DNA of 64,000 nt from Convolutriloba macropyga. Taxonomy: Eukaryota. The stretch is from positions 36,952,001 to 37,016,000 of the forward strand of contig NC_134480.1 of NCBI RefSeq assembly GCF_964194025.1. Direction: 5' to 3'. Position 1 is the first letter of the stretch, and each line of letters starts with the position of its first letter. Shown here one piece after another: positions 11,517 through 20,573 of the stretch. Under the pieces are notes generated by a model that worked only from the letters and a program-made list of their open reading frames with translations, did not search any database and was not told where the DNA came from. Both the position numbers and the translations under genes were made by a program.

Positions 11517-12996
11517 TCAATCCTCATCGGCGCTATCCTCAGCCACGCTACCACCACTAGTACTCTGACCGGCCTGACCCCTTGTCCTAGTAGAACGAGT
11601 CAAGTTTCGCTCAGCATCATCCAACCTGTTTTAATGTAATTACAATGAATAAAATGCCTTAAAATTACACGAAACCTCGATAAATTCTGCATAAAAACAA
11701 CTAAATACTCACTTCGGAAAGTCCACAATTGGCTCACCATGGTATCGATACTCATTGTCGATGAATTTCCCGATGCACTGGATCAGTACAGCTGGAGCGG
11801 TGGCCCTAGCATTGACAGAATGCCGATAACATACCCAGCCGCCCCCCATTTCCTGATTATACTGCCAATAGATATTGACATTGCATCCGAGGAAATATGC
11901 CATACCGACAAACTAAACAGTAAAACCTCAGATTATGCCTACATACACATGCACGTATCAGAATTACCACGCATTGAAGGAAAATTTACCCAGAACTCGG
12001 CCAACGACCCATTGTCTTCACTCGCATTAATCTCATACTCTGACACAAAGTACCCTAACTGGTCCTCCACAAGCTCAGAGAACCCAGGCGAACGCATCTT
12101 GGCCACAATAGCCAAGCGTAGAGCACGAACATTATGCTTGGGAACTTTCTTGTCTGCAATAAATTGGTTAAATGTGAATTAGAATTCTAAATCTACTGAA
12201 AATTACGATAAAATATAACAAATACCTGACTTCCGACCAGTTAACGTGTAGTACAGAGCACTGAGAGCACACAGACTACCAACTGCGGCCCTCACACCAG
12301 CCGCACCAAGCCACTTTGGAGTTTTAAATGACACTACGTCCACATACTCAGCGTAAATGTCATTGTAGAACTCGTATCCCAATTCGGCACACACGTTTGC
12401 GCGAAGATTCGCACGGAAGAAAGTACACTGCACCTCTTTGCCGTGCATCTTCTTCACGAAACATGGCACACATTCACGATTGGCTCTAAATATCAAGCAA
12501 AAACCACTTCACAAGTAATAATATACACATCAAACTAAAGAAAAATGAATAAAAATATACATAATTATTATACACATATGCAATTACCTTTCAACAGCAG
12601 CCTGCAATCTCCCATCGAGCGTGGAAAGAAGAACCCAGCAGTTTTCAGGCGATCGACTTGTGATCTCACACGAGTAAAGTGCTTTGCAGAAGCACTGAAC
12701 CCGACATGAAGTGCAGCCAATTCCTGAGACACCATCTGCTGAGTAGGAATTTCCTTCTCCTGAACTTGCATTTCGCTGCCCACCTTCACTTCCACCTTGT
12801 ACAGTAAAATTTCCCGATTTACGGCAAATTCAGACGTCCCCACATTCTTTGATCTTAGAACCATATGTTCTGCTTTGTCCCGATAAGCTCGTCGTTCATC
12901 AGCAGTCCGAACAAATGGTGGATACACCCATTCAGATTGAGATAACGACTTGCTTCGCAAGAAAGCCACAAAATGTTCATACTGGGCAACATCCAT
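11517..12996 (-). CDS. Five-exon antisense gene (~379 aa): integrase-type N-terminal/HHCC zinc-finger module + OTU-like cysteine-protease domain + low-complexity tail
   Basis: Exons 12996-12588, 12485(or 12483)-12226, 12153-11990, 11912-11713, 11625-11517, separated by GT-AG introns of ~102, 72, 77 and 87 nt. Phases join at introns 2-4. Intron 1 needs the second AG of TTTAGAG or a 1-nt deletion in exon 1. Motifs: LHVGFSASAKH..FFFP..CVPC; GSLCALSALYYTLTG..HNVRALRLAIVAKM..MAYFLGCNVNIY..WVCY..YHGEPIV. Confidence 0.75.
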
Positions 12997-13460
12997 GATT
13001 AACAGTGATTATCTGAAAATTCAAAAATCGAGTCAAACTAGTTATTAAGCAAGCAAAGCGTTAAAGTGTTAAGTCAAAAATGAACAATCACAGGAATGAA
13101 AACGCACAAATAGAACAAATTATGCAATAAATGCCAAGAACGTTTAATTACCATGCCACAACGATCACTAATTGTTAATGACACATCCCGTAAAACACAC
13201 AACACCGTTCTGAACACACAATTACACCCTTCACTACATTTACTTATTCACTACGCCTCACTAATTCTTCCTTTTATCCCCTACTTACGTCCTTATTCTC
13301 TCACAAAACAAGTTTGATATATACTAATTACAATGATATTAGTAGCACCTTATTAAATATTAATAGCACCAAGTATTTTAGTCAGTATATTCAGGAAAGC
13401 TAATCAGAACTACAACTACAAGTCAGTCAATAAATAATATAAATAAATATAAATAACTAG

Positions 13461-13847
13461 TTATACTGCCGTCTCCTCCATTTCAACTCCTCCCTCATCT
13501 TCTTGATCTACAATCTCTTCCCTCTCCCTCCTCCTTCCTGCACATCTTCCCCTCCTTCTCCTTCTCCACATCCCAACAATCCCGAATAATATCAATAATA
13601 ATATCCATACTAATAATAATATTGATTCCCCATCCCAACCATCTCCTCCATCTTCTATACAATTGACTATTATCGTATTATTATGAATATTGAACTCTGG
13701 GTGAACTAAACGAGACCAGTGAACCCAGTTCCTTGACACATACCTGGTCCCGTTGTTTTAGCATCCCAGAGTGATATTATTCGGCCCGACAGTAATATTA
13801 AAGCACATAATTAGTATCAGAATAATCTGAAAAACTCGGAAAAACAT
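13461..13847 (-). pseudogene. Small antisense type-I membrane glycoprotein ORF (128 codons, one in-frame TAA at codon 30)
   Basis: ATG at 13847: MFFRVFQIILILIMCFNITVG (signal-like), sequons NIT/NIT/NGT/NNT, TM ILLLVWILLLILFGIVGMW, RRRRR stop-transfer, acidic tail ending ETAV*. Confidence 0.65.
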
Positions 13848-14188
13848 GTAAAGACTGCATAATTCGACCCCCCAACCACTATCCCCATCATCACACACCC
13901 ACCATTCAACCACATAACCATGTTTCAACATGTTTAAACACCATATTTAGTAGTAATATCAATAAACACACACACACACAAACACACTTGATATAAAAGT
14001 AGAGTACACCTGAAACAAATAAACACCACATAAACAAGTGCCAAATTGAAGAAATTAGAACTAGAAGCCTGAGTACATTAAACAAATGAGCAAATAAACA
14101 CCGGAAAGCCAAATAGAATCCAATTGAACATCCTGAAGAGCCACATCAGCAGAAGATTGTCCTGAAACATAGTTGTTAATATTGAAAC

Positions 14189-16483
14189 ACGAAAACGTTA
14201 CTTACAATTGTGTTGAATCTCGTACTTTTCGGCCCCATTTTTGAGACGCCGATCAACACAGAAGAAGCACTGGCTCAAGGAATAATCTTTCACAAGGAAC
14301 GAAAGATTTTAATCACTGAGAAGTTCATCAACGCGGAATTTTTAGTACCGTTTCCTCGTTACAATTTCACGATACGACGACAAGTAGAGGCTCTACTTCT
14401 TGACCTCTCAAAGAAATGGATAACACAGTCAGAATTCTGCAACATGACTTACAGTACCACGTATCGGAATCAGACAGATGCCTTCAATGTTGACTGGCTT
14501 TACTCGAAGATCCTCAAGGAAACCATCGAAGCCGAACTTGAAGTTTCTAAACTACGCAATGAGACCGAAAAACTCCTCACCAGAGTCAAAGAGGACCCCC
14601 GAAACAGACAGAAAAGAGCCGCCCCGCTTGCGATAGCAGCCGTAGTCGCTGAAATTGGACTCTTTGGTCCAGGAATAGCAATGAGCAGCGGAGGATGCGG
14701 TGGAATCACAGGAATTTTTGGCTCATGCCAACGAACGTCTCAAAATGCCGAAAACATCGATAGATTAGCAAATAGTTTTAATAGCCTCAACGACTATGTC
14801 ATGGAAATCGGCGCACAAACCGATGAGAAATTCTTTCTAGTTGCTGACGAACTTGCAAAGGTTTATAAAGTTGAAAACGAAATGCAAGAAAACCAAAACA
14901 CAAACTGGAAACTAGTTGAGGAACAATTCGCAATTGTCGACCACAATCTGAATGCAATAGCAACCTGCATGGAAATTCAATCAACACAACAACAACTGAA
15001 CTTTAACTTTGACACAGCAGCATCATTACTTCTTACCCTCTATGCAGATATTAAAAGTTATCGAGCAGCCTTATACTCTTTCCGAATTAATGTTATAAAT
15101 GCAATTCCTACTCTACTTGACAAACGCCTTCCAATCTCTTTAGTACCGCGAAAATCTTTGATAAAGATCCTGGATGCAGTCCATGATAGCCAAAAGAACG
15201 CCCCAGATCGTCCCACTTTGGCAATACCCATGACTGACATACTTTCGTACTACGATGCGAAATTAGTACAAGAGATTTCGACAGTTGAGGACGGACTTTT
15301 ACTGACACTAGCCATTCCCCTGGCCTCTAGCCAGTCGGTGTTTGAAGTTTATCGTGCAAATGTAATCCCTATGCCCCAGAAGGACTCTGTAGACGCCTTA
15401 CAATGGGTGATAGAGGGAGAGTACTTAGCAATCTCTGAAGGACAGATGGAAACTACAGTACTGACGAAAGCCCAGTATGACAACTGTCTTGGATCGCAAC
15501 GATACCGAATATGTCATGAGACAATGGAAACCCACCTTGGATTCTCCTCGTGCCTAGCAACCCTCAAGTTTCATCATGCCATTACAGCATTGAAAGTATG
15601 TGACACAGAGAAGGTTGTGTTACCCAACCCAGAACGAGCACAGAACCTTGGATACGGAATTTGGCTCTTAACATCAGCTTCAAGTGATTTTACCCTTAGT
15701 GAGATTGGTACGGACGAGAATGGCCAACAGACCAACATTCCTCATAAAGGTTGTAACATCTGTTTAATCGCATTAAAATGTGAACATACAATGTTCAGTG
15801 ACCACATTAAAATTCGAGCCGATTTACAAAGTTGTCAGTATCTTCCCGCGAAGCGAATCAATGTAAAATTGCCAGATCCACTAGAACATTTAATTGACTC
15901 AGTTCCAAACATAAACGAACTTCCGAAGTACGAATCAAGCAATGAAGCAAATCTAGACTTATTGAAGGAAGTTAAAACAGAATTCATCTACTCCAATCGA
16001 AAGTTATCAACAGAATCACTAGATGACATAGCAAAGCCCATTACCACTGAAATGAAATCATTTAAGCCCGCACTAATTGACAAACTTGAATCTTACGTTC
16101 CTATCAAGCTTTCTCTCTCGCTAACAATTATTGTCGTTATCGGAAATCTAGCTCTACATATTCTCTTCATGTACTTATACCATAAAGTAGCTTTTTTACG
16201 ACGAATGGTACCCAATTTCATGAAGCTTAACGGAACCAATGTACCACTAAATCCAGTAGTTTCCGTCCCCAAACATCTGAAAGCAGAAGTAGTTACAACT
16301 CTAGCCAAACAACTCAAGCAACCACCAACAGTCATCTCTCCAGAAGAACTTGGAACCCTCAAACGACAACGACGAAATTCCATGCCTGCAACTTCTACCA
16401 TGTCATTCAACACCATGGACCGATTTAACACAGACGATGAACTGGACAACCAAGCTCAATCTCGAGAGGAGAGTATGCTTTAA
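14189..16483 (+). CDS. env: Envelope / class I viral fusion glycoprotein (errantivirus env / baculovirus F-like)
   Basis: Uninterrupted frame of ~760 codons. Hydrophobic N-terminus KTLLTIVLNLVLFGPIF, furin site RQKR followed by hydrophobic peptide AAPLAIAAVVAEIGLFGPGIAM, heptad region, Cys-rich ectodomain, TM LSLSLTIIVVIGNLALHILFMYLY and cytoplasmic tail. No ATG ahead of the signal peptide (ACG at 14189, GTG at 14210). Confidence 0.9.
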   Translation, partial: TKTLLTIVLNLVLFGPIFETPINTEEALAQGIIFHKERKILITEKFINAEFLVPFPRYNFTIRRQVEALLLDLSKKWITQSEFCNMTYSTTYRNQTDAFNVDWLYSKILKETIEAELEVSKLRNETEKLLTRVKEDPRNRQKRAAPLAIAAVVAEIGLFGPGIAMSSGGCGGITGIFGSCQRTSQNAENIDRLANSFNSLNDYVMEIGAQTDEKFFLVADELAKVYKVENEMQENQNTNWKLVEEQFAIVDHNLNAIATCMEIQSTQQQLNFNFDTAASLLLTLYADIKSYRAALYSFRINVINAIPTLLDKRLPISLVPRKSLIKILDAVHDSQKNAPDRPTLAIPMTDILSYYDAKLVQEISTVEDGLLLTLAIPLASSQSVFEVYRANVIPMPQKDSVDALQWVIEGEYLAISEGQMETTVLTKAQYDNCLGSQRYRICHETMETHLGFSSCLATLKFHHAITALKVCDTEKVVLPNPERAQNLGYGIWLLTSASSDFTLSEIGTDENGQQTNIPHKGCNICLIALKCEHTMFSDHIKIRADLQSCQYLPAKRINVKLPDPLEHLIDSVPNINELPKYESSNEANLDLLKEVKTEFIYSNRKLSTESLDDIAKPITTEMKSFKPALIDKLESYVPIKLSLSLTIIVVIGNLALHILFMYLYHKVAFLRRMVPNFMKLNGTNVPLNPVVSVPKHLKAEVVTTLAKQLKQPPTVISPEELGTLKRQRRNSMPATSTMSFNTMDRFNTDDELDNQAQSREESML

Positions 16484-17070
16484 ATTCACGAAAGTCTTAA
16501 ATAATTCAACAAGTATTAATCCTTTAACTGATTAAGTATCCCTTTATCCATTAAGTTTTAATCATATGTGCCTTAAATCATCAAACCAGTATTTCAATCC
16601 CAGAAACTAACCAGTGCTTTCAACCACTTATTCAGTCAGTTCAAATGTTTTACCCTATTCAAAGTTAAGAGCTTTTATTCAGTGAAATAACCATGATTAA
16701 TTTCAGTGCTAATCTTAACGTGTTCTCTAAACCCTAACTCTATCTTATGTTCTCACTCTTTATTCAGCATTTGCGCATTCTCGACTCTCAAATGTTCCTT
16801 CAAAGCCTTTAATCTTGTCTTAACCTTCTCCTTTTTAATCTTTATCTCAATTTGTCTTAACTTAAACTTTCTTCCTCTTAACTTCTTTAATTGTCTTTAA
16901 CTTAAATGCTTTCGTTCCAAACACTTTTCTAAGAAAACATAAATTGGGTGGCTCCAACAAAAACATATGTTTACTCTTATATTCGTGCAGATTATATGTT
17001 TCATAGAAAAATTGTAAAACCCCAGTTTCTTCTTAAAATTTTCATGGAAAATTTTCATAAAGTCCGGTAG

Positions 17071-17696
17071 TGTCACCCCCCTATTTCGTCCCTCATAGTT
17101 ACGTGATGATATTCCTTAAAATATCCATAATTAAGTGCTTTATATTAATTAATATTCATTTAGTTTCACGGCCATATATATATCCAGTATTTCCATCTAG
17201 GCCTGATACCCCAAAATTTGTTTATGTTTACGAAAAACAACCGCAGAGTGACAGTTTTACTAGCAAACATATCAAGTGCCTAAATGCCTCAATGTTTACT
17301 TTTTTGAGTTTCTTGAAGATAAATTCGCATAATTAGTAAACAACTTTATGAGAGATTATATACTTGGTGAAGTAATTATTCTGATAAAGAAGGTGCTAAT
17401 ATGGAACTTGTATATGTACTTAACAAACATCAAGAGACGTACAAAAGCCGGAAATTGCCCAACTTGTAGATCAGTAAATATTTGCGAAGGTCCAATACAA
17501 CTCAAGGCACAGTCCTGCGGAACTTACGATCAGCAGAACACCGGAGAAACAGCCTGACTACCAGTTGCTAATAAAACTCAGCAAAAACTCAAACTCCTTA
17601 TTCTATCATTGAAAACTTTGGCTTTAATTTCTGATTTATTAAATAAAGATTGAACTGGAAATTCTTCCTAAAATTAATAAGTTAAAACAGGCTACA
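17071..17696 (+). repeat. Probable 3' LTR of the Gypsy/env element
   Basis: Starts TGTCAC ~590 bp after the env stop; TATA-like run at ~17175; AATAAA at ~17570 and ~17642; candidate ...ACA ends at 17688 or 17696. The partner LTR is not in the window and the PPT is weak. Confidence 0.4.
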
Positions 17697-20104
17697 TTAG
17701 AGTTATAGTATGGCTAAATAAAGCTCTAAAACCCAGGGCAACTAGTGGATGTATCGCGCATCCGAACCGCTCAATAAAAGGCTATTACTAGCTAAGTTTA
17801 TTCAAAATATATCCGCTATAAATCGCACTGTGAAACACCAAAATAAGTCCTTGAAAAATGGCAATTAATCACATTATTTACTGCTATTATTAACCTCAGA
17901 AAACACCATGAGGAACACCTAGAAGTCAGTGCGTAACAGAGCGTTTATGGGTTTAAATTATTTCATGTAAGCCTCCAATGCTTACTTGAGATAATTCGAA
18001 CCTGGACTGAATTTACTCTGATTATTTAGAAAAGTTGATATCACATTTTGATTCGAATTTTATAATGTAATTTCTGTATATAACCAAAAAGGTAGAACAT
18101 ACTTGTAGTAAAATAAAACAATATGTATTTTTTTCATGAATCATAGAAATTATATATACATTGTTTTGATTTAGTTCATGTTAATTTGGATTGATACTTT
18201 CTTAACAGATTAATTACTATGTTTTACTATGTTTCAATTAATTTTACTACTAAAAATAAAATCAACTTTTAAAAACTCACATCTTACTGTTTAATAACGG
18301 ATTTTTTCCAGCTGAAGAATCAGAAACTGCTGATAGATGCAAAAGACAAGTAATGCGATAGTACTAGGGACTTAAAAATAGACAACTCTTGTCTTCAGAA
18401 GAATTCGGTTCTTGGTCAGATAAATTAATCGAATATTCGAAGGCATATTTTTTTCATCTGAATATCGAAGTCATCTGGTTATCTGGTTATCATTTTTTTC
18501 ATCTGGTTATCATTTTGAATACCAAATTATCTACGGGATATCTGTGAGCGTAACAGATTTCCTTCGCATTTAAAAGAAACTACTTCATGATTGCTTCTTG
18601 AAAAATGATTAAACTCTGTTTGTCAGAACTCATAGTTAACTAAATTTTTCTCCATACACTTTTCAGTTCCTTCCAAAATTTTCTCATTACATATATTGAA
18701 TCAGCTCTTCTGTTCAGTTGAAAAAGTCGTTCACGTATAGGCTAAAAACTAGGCTCTAAAACGGTTGCATGAGATACACCAATATTAAACATTACATTTC
18801 TGGAAAACCTACCATTTTGCTTTACTCTCTGTTCTCCGTTTGCAAAAAAAAATTGAAAAAATTTGAAAAATCGTAGGATTCAATCGTTTTAAGAAAATTT
18901 ATGAGAAATCGAGTCGCATTCTTTGCTAAAACCTAACAAAAAACTGTAGTGTTTTTGTTTTCTTCCAAATTGTCTGTTATAGTTTCAACTAGTTGTAAAA
19001 GTGATTCTGTTGCTGACTTCTTTTTCGGAAAACCCAACTAGGTTGTTGTTAATGATTCGATTTCCTTCTCTGTGTCCTGTAACTTGGTTCAAGAGCAGGC
19101 GCTCAAAAACATTGGCTAGCATTGGGGTGTTCTAATACACGGAGGGAGAGCTTTCCGTTGTGGATGCCCGGCGGAAAGTTTGCTGTGTTTTGCGCTATCG
19201 CTTTTGCCTTACCCAGTGAAACGAAGCTTCAAAAAACCTTACTGAGATGTTGCTCAGATTCTTTGGTGTGAAAATGTCAAAAGATGGGTAAAAACCTGCG
19301 CAATTCCTCCACAAATTTCAGGAACGTACCTTCTTGACCACAATATTATCAAGCCGTGTCACAATATTATCAAGACGTAGCTGATAAATATCTGGCTAAG
19401 GCATCCCAGTGCTTGGAAGAATCTCAAGATTATGAATATTTACAAAGTTTTGTTTCACCGAGTGCAAATTGTCTCCAGGTTTGAATCAAGTCAAATGAGG
19501 CTTAAATAAAATTATTCTGAATAGTCAAATGAGATCTTGAAATGTAGCACTGCAAGATATTGATGTCAACAAAGCATGTTATCAAAATTATCGAGCAATT
19601 TTTTGAACGATAATTTGCCATGTATATCCAGTCGATGCAGTTAGCGTGCACCCACTGAGCTGGGACGAACCAACCTTAATTTATCAGGCTTTTTACTAAT
19701 ACACTATTTTTGCAGTGATAATTTTGAGACATTTTTATGCTGCTCAAAAGGATAGTAACTTGCGAGTCTTAACTCTCCGTTAAATTGTTTGTCCAGCCTC
19801 TATGTTGAGTTTGGTGGAGGTTTCTTTGTTTAGTCGGTTAAAGGAATCATGATCATGTAATTTGTACAACATTTGTAAAACTTCAAATATCCGTAAATAC
19901 AAGGCCTGAAGAAGAATTTATTTAGCAAAATTATGCATTATCATATATGACAGGGCAAAGATTTCACTGCAAGATGTTGCAAGATCATAACTAATCTTGC
20001 AATTTTTTCCTGTGAAATCTCGCAAGATCTTGCAAGGTGAACATCGTGGTGCAGTCACCAGTTTTCACCTCTTACGGTTTTTGTTTAGTTGCAATGTTAT
20101 GTAG

Positions 20105-20293
20105 GTTCAACAACTATGGAAGAACAGCTACAGACTGACAAAAATCTTCGCTCACCCCGATTTTATCGGACCAATGAGAGCGGCAGTTTCGATCAAAGGC
20201 AGACTGGAGAAGTTCAAGATCAACATGCCCCTCATCCAGGCACTCGGAAACCCTGGCCTCAAGGGACGCCACTGGGCACAGATGACCAAAAAG
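20105..20293 (+). CDS. DNAH7: Axonemal dynein heavy chain (inner-arm, DNAH7/3/12-like) exon, tail/linker N2 region
   Basis: AG|...|GT exon, 189 nt: VQQLWKNSYRLTKIF...FKINMPLIQALGNPGLKGRHWAQMTKK (NPG.K.RHW motif). Confidence 0.9.
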
Positions 20294-20443
20294 GTAGGAA
20301 GCACCCTTTTGCCTTTTATGGATAACAGGCGTTTATGGGTTTTTCAGGAAATTAAATAGCTAAGGTCATAATTGCACTTTATATAAACTTAGCATAAATG
20401 TACCTTAGAAAACTCCTGAGGTTACTACATCAACGGTTAAGGT

Positions 20444-20573
20444 AAATTTGACCTTTTTGTTCAACTTACCTTACGCTAACTTTATCTCACATTAAACTTA
20501 ATGCTAAAACTAAATTTGACCTTTTTGTTCAACTTACCTTACGCTAACTTTATCTCACATTAAACTTAATGCT
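20444..20573. repeat. Two-copy ~68-bp direct tandem duplication
   Basis: AAATTTGACCTTTTTGTTCAACTTACCTTACGCTAACTTTATCTCACATTAAACTTAATGCT occurs twice in succession. Confidence 0.85.

Larger units (their letters stand above)
1..17696 (+). mobile_element. Env-bearing Ty3/Gypsy LTR retroelement (errantivirus-like architecture); 5' part lies outside the window; carries accessory genes
   Basis: Gypsy-type integrase core and GPY/F-like tail at the window start, macrodomain at the end of pol, long spacer, env with furin site/fusion peptide/TM, then a TG-starting LTR-like segment. The right boundary is approximate. Confidence 0.85.

Noticed and set aside
11739-12182. 147-aa plus-strand ORF
   Set aside because: It is the reverse-strand shadow of exons 3-4 of the spliced minus-strand gene; no recognisable motifs.
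13013-13151. Possible 5'-UTR intron of the antisense ZnF-OTU gene
   Set aside because: GT-AG sites are plausible but there is no reading-frame constraint to support it, so it is not reported as a feature.
13906-14112. 68-aa hydrophobic minus-strand ORF
   Set aside because: TTG start; hydrophobicity is explained by the T/G-rich strand and a (CA)n tract.
14500-16449. Several minus-strand ORFs within env
   Set aside because: Antisense shadows of the env coding frame.
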